A stretch of 64,000 bases of DNA, taken from positions 2,515 to 66,514 of the forward strand of contig DXEV01000168.1 of the NCBI GenBank assembly GCA_019114785.1, in the 5' to 3' direction. Positions 10,861-20,488 of the stretch are shown here, piece after piece (positions within the stretch are counted from its first letter, which is position 1; each line of letters begins with the position of its first letter). A model generated the notes under the pieces. That model searched no databases and was not told the origin of the DNA. It was given only the letters and a program-made list of their open reading frames with translations. Position numbers and translations under genes: made by a program. The stretch is from Candidatus Anaerobiospirillum pullistercoris (GTDB lineage: Bacteria; Pseudomonadota; Gammaproteobacteria; Enterobacterales; Succinivibrionaceae).

Positions 10861-12612
10861 ATGACCGATTACCACTTGCCACCATGTCCACAATCTGATC
10901 TCACGCCAATTACAACGACTTTGTCTGACTTCAGAGTCATTCGCAAGAATAAGTTCTTGCTTGTTGATAAGACTTCTCGTATCAACACTTTGCTCCGTGC
11001 TAGCAAGGTTTTCTTGGCTAGACCGCGCCGTTTTGGTAAAACCTTGCTGCTTTCGACCATTAAGGAGCTATTCACTAATGGTGCCAAAAATTTTGAGGGC
11101 TTAGCGATCCACGATTTGTGGGATCGCCCTTGCCTCCCCGTAATTAAAGTGTCGTTTTTTGGGCTCAGTTCTCCAGAAACTTTTGAGCAGGAATTGTGCG
11201 CTCGCCTGCGCGAAGCTTTTGCTCAAGCCGGATTTGCTGATGCTTTACAGATCAAGGCTTCAAGCTTTGTGGATTTGGTGCCTGAGCTCAACTTCTTATA
11301 TCGTAACAGCGACATAGTGTTGCTGATAGATGAGTGGGATTTCCCGCTGTCTGCCAATCTTAATGATCGTAAGGCTTTTGACCATAACAAGGACATACTT
11401 CGCAGGTTCTATTCTTGGGTGCGAGAGTTGCAAAATCTCGAATTTTTGATGGTCACTGGTATCGGTCGCTACCAAGACACCTCTCTGTTCACGGGGCAAG
11501 ATATCAAGGACATATCATTAGATCCTAGATTCGCTAATTTGCTTGGTTATACGCAAGAGGAGCTGGAAAGCTATTTTTCCTCCCATATTAGCGCTGCGGC
11601 AGCTTTGCTCAACCTCAAGGAGGAGCAGTTACTTGAGCTGCTAAAGCGCCAATATGACGGTTTTTGCTTTGATTACGACGCCAAAATCTCCGTTTATTGT
11701 CCAATTTCTATCAACAACTTTTTCCTGCAGGTTGTAGATTTTCCTGATCGTGTGCCTGTTTTTGGCTCTTATTGGATGGAAAGCTCGAACACTGCGCCTG
11801 CATTGCGTGCTTTTTTGGACCGCAAAAAGCCGAGCTTAGCTTTTTTGGATTCCGTCAAAGGCTCTGGTATTGAGCTTAGTCAAAGTGATTTAAGTAATGC
11901 CTATTCTTTCGACGAGTTGAATTTTAACGCTCTCCTCACCCAAACTGGCTATCTCTCAATTAAACAGGTATTGAGAAACTCACCTGTCTCCATAGATCGG
12001 ATATACTCATGTTCTTTTCCTAATCAGGAGATAGAGCGGATTTATGGCCCTATATTCTTACGTTATATTACCCAGAGTGGGCATCATGACCTCGATGGTA
12101 CTTGGTCCAGACAAGCTGCACAAAAACTGAGTCAAGCTCTTTATGAGCAGGATATTGCTCGCGTTGTCGCTGAGCTGAACGTATTCATGTGCGCTATTCC
12201 TTACGACCTGTGGGCTGATGCCAAAGAGATTGCGTACCGCACTTTCATCGGTTGGTGTCTGCAATTTAGCATCGTCAGCGATATACGCTATGAAACGATG
12301 AACAATAGGGGTAGATCGGATCTGGAGTTCACCGTTAACGACTGTACTTACGTCATTGAGCTTAAGCGCCTCACTACCAAGCAGAATACTCTCCAAGACA
12401 AGATTAAGCTGGCAGATGTAGCCCAGCAACAGGTCTATGACAAGGGCTACGGCTTCAACTCGCATGTTAATGGTGATACCCAGCGCTATGGATTAGTTTT
12501 GGTGGTATCTGAGCACAGCCGTCAGATCGAGTATTGGCGGTATTTTGATGGTTCAAAAGTGATATCTGAGGGCGAAGTTGCGCCGCTAAGCATGGCTAAT
12601 CCACTGAATTAA
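10861..12612 (+). CDS. AAA-ATPase-like (PF09820-type) protein with C-terminal PD-(D/E)xK nuclease-like domain (PDDEXK_9-type)
   Basis: The N-terminus 'FRVIRKNKFLLVDKTSRINTLL...VFLARPRRFGKTLLLSTIKELF' is the signature of the predicted AAA-ATPase family. 'VLLIDEWD' is Walker-B-like. The C-terminus 'GRSDLEFTVNDCTYVIELKRL' fits the D...E-x-K nuclease core. An RBS GAGGG lies upstream. Confidence 0.75.
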   Translation: MTDYHLPPCPQSDLTPITTTLSDFRVIRKNKFLLVDKTSRINTLLRASKVFLARPRRFGKTLLLSTIKELFTNGAKNFEGLAIHDLWDRPCLPVIKVSFFGLSSPETFEQELCARLREAFAQAGFADALQIKASSFVDLVPELNFLYRNSDIVLLIDEWDFPLSANLNDRKAFDHNKDILRRFYSWVRELQNLEFLMVTGIGRYQDTSLFTGQDIKDISLDPRFANLLGYTQEELESYFSSHISAAAALLNLKEEQLLELLKRQYDGFCFDYDAKISVYCPISINNFFLQVVDFPDRVPVFGSYWMESSNTAPALRAFLDRKKPSLAFLDSVKGSGIELSQSDLSNAYSFDELNFNALLTQTGYLSIKQVLRNSPVSIDRIYSCSFPNQEIERIYGPIFLRYITQSGHHDLDGTWSRQAAQKLSQALYEQDIARVVAELNVFMCAIPYDLWADAKEIAYRTFIGWCLQFSIVSDIRYETMNNRGRSDLEFTVNDCTYVIELKRLTTKQNTLQDKIKLADVAQQQVYDKGYGFNSHVNGDTQRYGLVLVVSEHSRQIEYWRYFDGSKVISEGEVAPLSMANPLN

Positions 12613-14091
12613 GACTGTGATTGATAAGGGTACTCGTACCCCAAAATAAGAGCGATCGCGGCTCCTGATAATTACAAAATAGCTCAGAGCCGTGGTCGCC
12701 TTGCATGGAATATTAAGCATGCACTTGTTTGGTGCGCGGCCTGCTTTTTTCAAAAGTTTAGCTTTGCTCACAAAGCTACTTTTCGCGCGGGATCTGCCGC
12801 ATATACGCATCGCTTTTTGTGCTAAAATTCTTAGCTTGAGCCTATCCTCTATTCCCAGCGATAGATTTAGAAAAAGTGCCTCACCTTAGGCTTCTCTTCC
12901 TCGTGCTTGATGCGTCAAAAAGTACTTTTGTTGCGCCAAGTCGGGGCAGGGATTGTTCTTGCACTAGGATTGCTTGTTAGTACACTTGTTTTAGTACTCG
13001 AGATCCTCTGTTACCCGCTTTTCGTAGGACTGGCCTCGCTCTGCTTGGCTTGCCTGCCAGTGGCGGTGATATAGGTGACGTGCTTCCTCTCTTTGTAGTG
13101 TGTCTTGTCTGTGTTCTCCTCTTTGTGCTGAGATTGAGCTGCTCTAACCATCAGCCTGATGTGACCGATGGTGCTGACCAGTAAAGCTAGGTAGCTGCGC
13201 TAGTGCGCTAGTGCGTTAGATTGCTTCTTGCTGGCTAGCCAATGTGAGATCTCATGCCAAGGTGTTGACCGTGAGTTGCTTGTGACTTTTGTCCGGCTTG
13301 TAGGCTTCCCTGCTTGCCAGAACCAAAAAGTGCCAAGCGGCCTTCACGGGCTTTGCCATGGCCGCGACTCAAGCCCTGCTGACCCAGCGGTGGCTTGTTA
13401 GGGCTCAACAAGAGGAATTGGAGATCCACTACAGGTTAGGTTTGACAAAGTTTCAGAGATTTTCGCTCACTGATCATTGAGCTTGAGACGCTAGTGAGTC
13501 GGCAGATAGTGAGTTAGCGCCACCTTTTTGGTGCCTGCTACTTCCTTTGGTGTGGCAAAGCCCCCAGAGGGACAGAGCTTACCCCAAAGGGGTAAGAGCT
13601 TGACCTTGCTATTTGTGGCTGATTGTTAGCGGCTTCAAGGCCGCATTGGTCGCGGACGTGATCACGTGATCGCTTCTTAGGGTGCTGCCTCGTGTAGATG
13701 CGGCCTTGAAGTGTGCTGAAATCTTAAAAGACTGCAACATGAGAGCTGAGCTTGTTTGGCGTTTGGCTAATCTGCTCGCACCTCGTGGCACAGTCAGTGT
13801 AACTTTGGCGTTATAGCTTGAGATCGTGAGTCCCATCAGTATATCGGTAGTGGCTGGTTGCTTTTTGTGACTGGCAATACTGTAGAGCTTGGGGCTAGGA
13901 TTCAGGTCTCGTTGGGAGTTAGTTTGTGCTCTCGTTACTGAGCTTACGGCTTGTCCTTAAAGCTTAGGAGAGAGGTGCAGAATAAGGGTACTACTAATCG
14001 GTAGTGCGGTGGGGGCATTTCCCCTTGCATGCTTTTGCGCTGTGTGCGGCAAGTTAACGTAATCGTTTGCATTGAGCCTTTGTTGGCGTGG

Positions 14092-14168
14092 GCAACTACG
14101 TTGCTGTTGTAAGCAACATGGTTGTTGTGGGCAACAGGTTGCTGTTGTGAGCAACAACGTTGCTCTGG
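14092..14168. repeat. Four tandem ~20-bp units, each an inverted repeat GCAAC-N2-4-GTTGC, 200-280 bp upstream of nqrA
   Basis: The units are GCAACTACGTTGCTGTTGTAA / GCAACATGGTTGTTGTGG / GCAACAGGTTGCTGTTGTGA / GCAACAACGTTGCTCTGG. The array is bracketed by TCCCCTTGCATGC (14020-14032) and its inverted copy CATGCAAGGGGA (14258-14269). A direct repeat ATTTCCC(C)T(T)GCATGCTT occurs at 14017 and 14271. Confidence 0.8.
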
Positions 14169-14368
14169 CCATGGCTTGGTTACAGCATAGCGGGCCTTGT
14201 GCTTTGTTTTGCTTTGCGATCTGCGTTCCCGTGGCGGTTGCCTCAGCGTTGCGAAATCATGCAAGGGGAGATTTCCCTGCATGCTTATCGGTCTAGCGCC
14301 TAGACCATAGAGGTTAGTCGTGGTACTGGAGCTTTGCTCCTAACTGTTTGTTTTGGAATCAACCGCCT

Positions 14369-15721
14369 ATGATTAACATCAATAAAGGATTGGATCTGCC
14401 TATCAGCGGCCAACCTGAGCAGACCATAGGTGTAAGTCCAGAGGTAAAGCATGTCGCCTTGCTAGGTGCTTGTGATTACCTAGGCTTGCGTCCTTCTATG
14501 GCTGTGGAGGTTGGAGATACCGTTAAGAAAGGCCAGGTACTGTTCGAGGACAAGAAAACCCCTGGAACACGTTTCACCGCTCCAGCCTCGGGCACCGTGG
14601 TTGCTATCAATCGCGGCGAGCGTCGTGCTTTCCAGTCGCTCGTGATCGAAGTTGATCCTGCTGCTAAGGGTGTCGAGTTTAAGAAAACCGCCGCTGACAA
14701 GCTGCTCGATTTAACTAGCCAAGAGGTCAGAGACGAGCTGATCGAGTCTGGTATGTGGACTGCCTTCCGTACCCGTCCATTCGACAAGGTGCCAGGTGTC
14801 AAGACCTTACCTCACTCTATCTTCGTTACTGCTATGGATACCAACCCATTAGCAGTCGATGCCAAGGTCGTGATTCACGCCGAAGCTGAGGCTTTTAAGA
14901 ACGGCTTAGCCGTCTTAAGCCGCTTAGGCGATTTCAAGATCTATGTGTGCCACGACGATAAGTCCATCCCTCTGTGCGATGCCCCAAATGTCTGTGAAGA
15001 GATGTTTGTCGGCCCTCACCCAGCTGGCCTGCCAGGCACCCACATCCACTTCTTAGACCCAGTCTCCGAGAACAAGACTGTGTGGCATATCGGCTATCAA
15101 GACGTGATCGCCATCGGCCACCTGTTTGTTGAAGGTGAGTACTACAATCAGCGTGTGATCGCCATCGGCGGCCCTAACGCTAAAGAGCCTCGTCTCATTA
15201 AGACCATTCAAGGTGCTTCCATCGCTGAGCTCACTCAGGGCGAAGTGATCGACTCCGAGTATGGTGTACGTGTGATCTCCGGCTCCGTCTTATGGGGTAA
15301 CACTGCTGTTGGCCCATTCGCTTACTTAGGTCGTTATCACTTACAGGTCTCGATCTTAGAAGAAGGCAAGATGAATGAGCTCTTAGCTTGGTTAGCTCCT
15401 GGCTTTAAGCGTCACTCTGCCTCCCGTGCTTTTGCTTCGCACTTCTTCAAGCCAGCGGAGTACACCTTTAACACCGCTTTAAATGGTGGTGCTCGTCCAA
15501 TGGTGCCAATCGGCTTGTACGAGAAGGTCTTCCCTCTGGACATGGAGCCTACCATGCTGTTACGCGCCATTGAGATCAATGACGTGGATCAGGCTAAGCT
15601 CTTAGGTTGCTTAGAGTTAAACGAGGAAGACGTGGCCTTGTGCACCTATGTCTGCCCTGGCAAGACCGACTACGGTCGCCTCCTGCGCAGAAGCTTGACC
15701 AAGATTGAGGTGGAGGGCTAA
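14369..15721 (+). CDS. nqrA: Na+-translocating NADH:quinone oxidoreductase subunit A
   Basis: ATG at 14369 gives 'MININKGLDLPISG', the typical NqrA N-terminus. It is the first gene of a contiguous nqrABCDEF set. Confidence 0.95.
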   Translation: MININKGLDLPISGQPEQTIGVSPEVKHVALLGACDYLGLRPSMAVEVGDTVKKGQVLFEDKKTPGTRFTAPASGTVVAINRGERRAFQSLVIEVDPAAKGVEFKKTAADKLLDLTSQEVRDELIESGMWTAFRTRPFDKVPGVKTLPHSIFVTAMDTNPLAVDAKVVIHAEAEAFKNGLAVLSRLGDFKIYVCHDDKSIPLCDAPNVCEEMFVGPHPAGLPGTHIHFLDPVSENKTVWHIGYQDVIAIGHLFVEGEYYNQRVIAIGGPNAKEPRLIKTIQGASIAELTQGEVIDSEYGVRVISGSVLWGNTAVGPFAYLGRYHLQVSILEEGKMNELLAWLAPGFKRHSASRAFASHFFKPAEYTFNTALNGGARPMVPIGLYEKVFPLDMEPTMLLRAIEINDVDQAKLLGCLELNEEDVALCTYVCPGKTDYGRLLRRSLTKIEVEG

Positions 15722-15724
15722 GTC

Positions 15725-16969
15725 GTGTTGTTATCGTTATTCCAAAAGATAGCACCAATGTTTGAGAAGGATGGCGTCTTCGAGAAGCTCTATCCTCTCT
15801 ACGAAGGTACTTTCACTTTATTATTCTCCTCGGGCAAGGTTACTACCGGTAATACCCATGTGCGCGATTTCATCGACTTAAAGCGCATCATGATTATCGT
15901 GTACTTTGCTTTATTCCCAGCAATGATCTGGGGCTGGTACAACGTTGGTGCTCAGACAGTGATGGCTTTTGCCAGCCTGCCAAACGGTGCCGAGTTAGCC
16001 GCTGTTGACTATGCTTTATTCAGCGCTGACTACCACTATGCCATTGTGCAGTTACTTGGTGGTTCGCTGGGTACAGATGCAGGTCTGTATAGCAAGTTCC
16101 TGATCGGCTTAGTGTACTTCCTCCCAATCTACATCGTCGTGTTTGTCGTCGGTGCTTTCTGGGAAGTGCTGTTCTGCATCGTGCGTCGTCATGAGATCAA
16201 CGAAGGCTTCTTCGTGACCTCGATCATCTTTGCGCTGATAGTTCCACCAACCATGCCTTTATGGCAGGCTGCCTTAGGTATTTCCTTTGGTGTGGTGATC
16301 GCAAAAGAGATCTTCGGCGGTACCGGTCGTAACTTCATGAACCCTGCCTTAGCTGGCCGTGCTTTCCTCTTCTTCGCCTATCCAGCCTCTATTTCTGGTA
16401 CCAATTGCTGGGTGCCTGTGGATGGCTTCTCTGGCGCTACCCCACTGGCTCAGTGGCAAGAGGGTGGTGAGCAAGCCTTAATCAACATCGCAGGTGAGAA
16501 GATCACTTGGATGGATGCCTTCTTAGGTAACATCCCTGGTTCTTTAGGTGAAGGCTCGACCCTGATGATCTTAGTTGGTGCCTTAATCATTATCGGTTTA
16601 GGTATCGCCTCTTGGCGTATCATGGCCGGTATCTTAGTTGGTGCCTTCCTCTGCTCGTCTCTCTTCAACGCCATTGGCTCTGACACTAATATGATGTTCT
16701 CGATGACCTTCATCTGGCACTTAGTATTAGGTGGCTTTGCTTTTGGTACTGTCTTTATGGCGACCGACCCTGTATCTTCGGCCTTTACCTGCAAAGGTAA
16801 GTGGGCTTACGGTATCTTGATCGGTGTCATGGTAGTGTTAATTCGTGTGGTCAACCCTGCATATCCTGAGGGCATGATGCTCGCCATCCTGTTCGCAAAC
16901 TGCTGGGCTCCTTTATTCGACTACATGGCTGCCAACCGCAATATCAAGAGGAGACTTGGCCGTGTTTAA
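15725..16969 (+). CDS. nqrB: Na+-NQR subunit B
   Basis: 414-aa polytopic protein. The FMN-attachment context '[10 protein letters not shown]' is present. It starts 4 nt after nqrA. Confidence 0.95.
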   Translation: MLLSLFQKIAPMFEKDGVFEKLYPLYEGTFTLLFSSGKVTTGNTHVRDFIDLKRIMIIVYFALFPAMIWGWYNVGAQTVMAFASLPNGAELAAVDYALFSADYHYAIVQLLGGSLGTDAGLYSKFLIGLVYFLPIYIVVFVVGAFWEVLFCIVRRHEINEGFFVTSIIFALIVPPTMPLWQAALGISFGVVIAKEIFGGTGRNFMNPALAGRAFLFFAYPASISGTNCWVPVDGFSGATPLAQWQEGGEQALINIAGEKITWMDAFLGNIPGSLGEGSTLMILVGALIIIGLGIASWRIMAGILVGAFLCSSLFNAIGSDTNMMFSMTFIWHLVLGGFAFGTVFMATDPVSSAFTCKGKWAYGILIGVMVVLIRVVNPAYPEGMMLAILFANCWAPLFDYMAANRNIKRRLGRV

Positions 16970-17744
16970 GCTTAATAAAGACTCCGTTTTCGGCACTTTC
17001 GTCATCATTGTTGCACTGTGCTTAGTGTGCTCTGTGTTGGTGTCGAGCTCTGTGGTGGCATTAGGCCCATTCCAGCAGGCCGCTATTGCTAACGATCGTC
17101 AGGTCAACATCTTACGTGTGTCTGGCTTTGAGGTCGAAGGCTCAGTTGCTGAGACCTATAGCAAGCACATTGAGGCTAAGCTTCTGGATGTGGCTACCGG
17201 TAAGTTCACCGATGCCCCAGCTTCTGAGGCTGATGGCTTTAACTTCCAATCCTTAGCCAAGGATCCTGCTTTCAACGTCGCCATTCCTGCTGAAGAGGAC
17301 TTTGCTGGTATCCGTACCCGCACCAAGCTGATGCCTGTGTTCTTATCCAAGGACGATCAGGGTCAAGTCGTGCGCTACATCCTGCCATTCTATGGTCAAG
17401 GTCTGTGGTCTACTATGTATGGCTACGTAGCTGTGGCTCCTGATGGCAATACCATCAAGGCTGTTACCTTCTATAGCCATGGTGAGACCCCAGGCTTAGG
17501 TGGTGAGATCGACAACCCAAGATGGCAAGCCCTGTGGGTTGACAAGAAGATCTTCCGTGAGGATGGTTCTCGTGGTTTCAACATCTCTAAGACTGCTGAT
17601 CACCAAGGTGAGGGCAAGGATTACGACGTGGATAGCTTGTCTGGTGCTACCTTAACCACTAATGGTGTGGATCGCTCCGCTCAATACTGGTTAAATGTGG
17701 CCTACAAGCCATTCTTAGAAAATCTGCGTAAGGGGGAGAGCTAA
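16956..17744 (+). CDS. nqrC: Na+-NQR subunit C
   Basis: Single N-terminal TM. The FMN-attachment motif '[12 protein letters not shown]' is present. It overlaps the nqrB end by 14 nt; the exact start could be TTG 16956 or GTG 16962. Confidence 0.93.
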   Translation: MAVFKLNKDSVFGTFVIIVALCLVCSVLVSSSVVALGPFQQAAIANDRQVNILRVSGFEVEGSVAETYSKHIEAKLLDVATGKFTDAPASEADGFNFQSLAKDPAFNVAIPAEEDFAGIRTRTKLMPVFLSKDDQGQVVRYILPFYGQGLWSTMYGYVAVAPDGNTIKAVTFYSHGETPGLGGEIDNPRWQALWVDKKIFREDGSRGFNISKTADHQGEGKDYDVDSLSGATLTTNGVDRSAQYWLNVAYKPFLENLRKGES

Positions 17745-18407
17745 ATGAGTGACGCTAAGTCTCCTACTTGGAAAGAGGTACTCATAGATCCGCTCATCGC
17801 GAATAACCCAGTGATGGTGCAGATCTTAGGTATCTGTTCCTCGTTGGCAGTTACATCTTCGATGAAGACTGCCTTCGTTATGGGTATTTCGGTTACGTTC
17901 GTGTGCGCATTCTCGAACTTATTCGTGTCGCTCATCCGTAACTACATCCCAAGCTCAGTGCGTATTATTGCCCAGATGGCCGTGATTGCTTCGTTGGTGA
18001 TCGTGGTGGATCAGGTGCTGCGTGCATTTGCCTATGACCTGTCTAAGCAATTGTCTGTGTACGTGGGCTTAATTATTACCAACTGTATTGTGATGGGTCG
18101 TACTGAGGGCTTCGCCTTAAAGTTCCCACCAAAGCTGTCTTTCGTTGATGGTATTGGTAACGGCTTAGGCTATGCTCTGGTGCTGTGCATCATCGCTACC
18201 ATTCGTGAGATCTTCGGTTCTGGCTCTTGGTTCGGCCTGACCATTTTCGAGACCGTGAACAATGGTGGTTGGTATGTTCCATGTGGCTTACTTGTAATGC
18301 CACCTTGCGGCTTCTTCTTAGTCGGTCTGTTAATTTGGTTAGTTAAGGTCTTCCGTAAGGATCTCCAAGAGCAGCCAGAGTATGAGACCCACCGGGAGGA
18401 TTACTAA
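17745..18407 (+). CDS. nqrD: Na+-NQR subunit D
   Basis: 220-aa RnfE/NqrD-type membrane protein. Its start abuts the nqrC stop. Confidence 0.95.
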   Translation: MSDAKSPTWKEVLIDPLIANNPVMVQILGICSSLAVTSSMKTAFVMGISVTFVCAFSNLFVSLIRNYIPSSVRIIAQMAVIASLVIVVDQVLRAFAYDLSKQLSVYVGLIITNCIVMGRTEGFALKFPPKLSFVDGIGNGLGYALVLCIIATIREIFGSGSWFGLTIFETVNNGGWYVPCGLLVMPPCGFFLVGLLIWLVKVFRKDLQEQPEYETHREDY

Positions 18408-18409
18408 TT

Positions 18410-19009
18410 ATGCTAGAGCATTACCTCTCACTCTTAGTTAAGAGTATCTTTATCGAGAACATGGCTTTGGCCTTCTTCCTCGGTATGTGTACTTTCTTAG
18501 CCGTGTCTAAGAAGGTGAGCACTTCCGCAGGTTTAGGTGCAGCCGTGGTGTTAGTGCAGGTTTTAGCTGTTCCTGCCAACAACCTCGTCAACGCCTATGT
18601 CTTAAAGCCAAATGCTTTAGTAGATGGTCTTGACCTCTCGTTCTTAAGCTTCATTACCTACATTGGTGTGATTGCAGCTATTGTGCAGATCTTAGAGATG
18701 TTCCTCGATAAGTTCGTACCATCGCTGTACAGCGCCTTAGGTATCTTCCTGCCACTCATTACCGTGAACTGCGTGATCTTCGCTGGTGTGTCCTTCATGG
18801 TGCAACGTGAATACAACTTTGCAGAATCTGTAGTTTACGCTGTGGGCTCGGGCGGTTCATGGGCTTTAGCTATTGTGCTCTTATCTGCTATTCGCGAGCG
18901 CTTAAAGTACTCCGACCCACCAGCAGGTTTACGCGGTATCGGTTTGGTGTTCATCACCGCTGGTCTGATGGCTATTGGCTTCATGTCCTTCTCAGGCATT
19001 CAGCTCTAA
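18410..19009 (+). CDS. nqrE: Na+-NQR subunit E
   Basis: 199-aa RnfA/NqrE-type membrane protein, 2 nt after nqrD. Confidence 0.95.
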   Translation: MLEHYLSLLVKSIFIENMALAFFLGMCTFLAVSKKVSTSAGLGAAVVLVQVLAVPANNLVNAYVLKPNALVDGLDLSFLSFITYIGVIAAIVQILEMFLDKFVPSLYSALGIFLPLITVNCVIFAGVSFMVQREYNFAESVVYAVGSGGSWALAIVLLSAIRERLKYSDPPAGLRGIGLVFITAGLMAIGFMSFSGIQL

Positions 19010-19018
19010 GGAGTCCGC

Positions 19019-20248
19019 ATGTTTACAATCGTATCGGGCGTGGTGATGTTTGTGGTGTTAGTGGCCGTATTGGTCGCTCTCATCCTCGTTGCCAAGCGCT
19101 TCTTAGTTAGTTCAGGCGATATCAACATTGGCATCAATGATGATCCGTCTTTAGGCTTCAAGTGCCCAGCCGGTAACAAGCTGTTAAACAACTTATCCGA
19201 CAAGGGTATCTTCGTATCCTCCGCTTGCGGTGGTCGTGGTGCTTGCGGTCAATGTAAGGTTCAGGTCACCAAAGGCGGTGGTGACGTGTTACCAATCGAG
19301 TATTCTCACTTCACCAAGCGTCAGATCCGTGAGGGTTGGCGTTTAGCTTGCCAGGTGACCGTGAAGAATGACTGCGAGATCAAGCTGCCACAAGAGATCT
19401 TTGGTGTGAAGAAGTGGGAGTGTGAGGTTATTTCCAATAACAACGTCGCCACCTTCATCAAAGAGTTACGTTTACGCGTGCCTGAGGGCGAGGAAGTTCC
19501 ATTCCGCGCTGGTGGTTACATTCAGATCGAAGCCCCAGCTCACACTGTGTACTACAAGGACTATGACATTCCTGAGGAGTACCGTGGCGACTGGAACCAC
19601 TTTGGTCTGTTTGACTTAGTCTCCAAGGTTGATCACCCAACCATTCGTGCTTACTCCATGGCTAACTACCCAGATGAGAAGGGCCTCATTATGCTGAATG
19701 TGCGTATTGCGACCCCTCCATTACGTCAGCTTAAGGAGGTACCACCAGGCATTATGTCCTCCTACATTTGGAGCTTAAAGCCAGGTGATAAGGTGACCAT
19801 TTCTGGCCCATTCGGTGAGTTCTTTGCTCGTGATACTGACAACGAGATGGTGTTCATCGGTGGTGGTGCTGGTATGGCTCCAATGCGTTCGCACATCTTC
19901 GACCAGTTAAAGCGTCTTAACACCAAGCGTAAGATCTCTTTCTGGTACGGTGCTCGTTCGCTGCGTGAGGCTTTCTACGTAGACGAGTTCGATCAGTTAG
20001 CTAAGGAGCATCCAAACTTCACTTGGACTCTGGCTTTATCCGATGCTCTGCCAGAGGATAACTGGACTGGTGCAACCGGCTTCATTCACAACGTTCTGTA
20101 TGAGAACTACCTCAAGAATCACAAGAATCCTGAGGATTGTGAGTTCTACATGTGCGGCCCTCCAATGATGACCAAGTCCTGCGTCAACATGCTGCACAGC
20201 TTAGGCGTTGAAGATGAGAACATCCTGTTCGATAACTTCGGCGGTTAA
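19019..20248 (+). CDS. nqrF: Na+-NQR subunit F
   Basis: N-terminal TM, a 2Fe-2S ferredoxin motif '[12 protein letters not shown]', FAD 'RAYSMANY' and NAD(H) 'GGGAGMAPM'. Confidence 0.95.
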   Translation: MFTIVSGVVMFVVLVAVLVALILVAKRFLVSSGDINIGINDDPSLGFKCPAGNKLLNNLSDKGIFVSSACGGRGACGQCKVQVTKGGGDVLPIEYSHFTKRQIREGWRLACQVTVKNDCEIKLPQEIFGVKKWECEVISNNNVATFIKELRLRVPEGEEVPFRAGGYIQIEAPAHTVYYKDYDIPEEYRGDWNHFGLFDLVSKVDHPTIRAYSMANYPDEKGLIMLNVRIATPPLRQLKEVPPGIMSSYIWSLKPGDKVTISGPFGEFFARDTDNEMVFIGGGAGMAPMRSHIFDQLKRLNTKRKISFWYGARSLREAFYVDEFDQLAKEHPNFTWTLALSDALPEDNWTGATGFIHNVLYENYLKNHKNPEDCEFYMCGPPMMTKSCVNMLHSLGVEDENILFDNFGG

Positions 20249-20317
20249 TGCACACTGCAAGTAGTAGCCATCAGCGATGATGGCAAGGCCACAGCAGTGG
20301 TCACTACTTGATAAGAA

Positions 20318-20360
20318 AGAGGGTGAGCTCTCACAAGGGGCCCACCCTTTTTTGTTTTTG
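20318..20360 (+). terminator. Intrinsic terminator of the nqr operon
   Basis: AGGGTG (20320-20325) pairs with CACCCT (20343-20348). The loop contains the palindrome GTGAGCTCTCAC. TTTTTGTTTTTG follows. Confidence 0.7.
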
Positions 20361-20488
20361 TCTGCTGATGGCGAGAGCCTAGATGTTAAAATTAGTCGAC
20401 CCTAGGGGATGGATTGCCGCTATATTTCGGCTTTTTGCCCCTCCTTTCTTTTTGTCCTTTAGTCCTTGATGGTAGATGAGTCTTTCTC

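Noticed and set aside
14092-14168. Possible CRISPR array. The same was considered for the 11-bp array at 51704-51802 and the repeats at 37991-38060.
   Set aside because: The units are 10-24 bp and directly abutting, with no unique spacers. There are no cas genes in the window.
13944-14296. ORFs of 112 aa (minus strand) and 74 aa (plus strand) spanning the GCAAC/GTTGC array upstream of nqrA. They are Cys- or Gln-rich.
   Set aside because: Their composition is dictated by the tandem palindromes. There is no RBS, and the two overlap each other on opposite strands.
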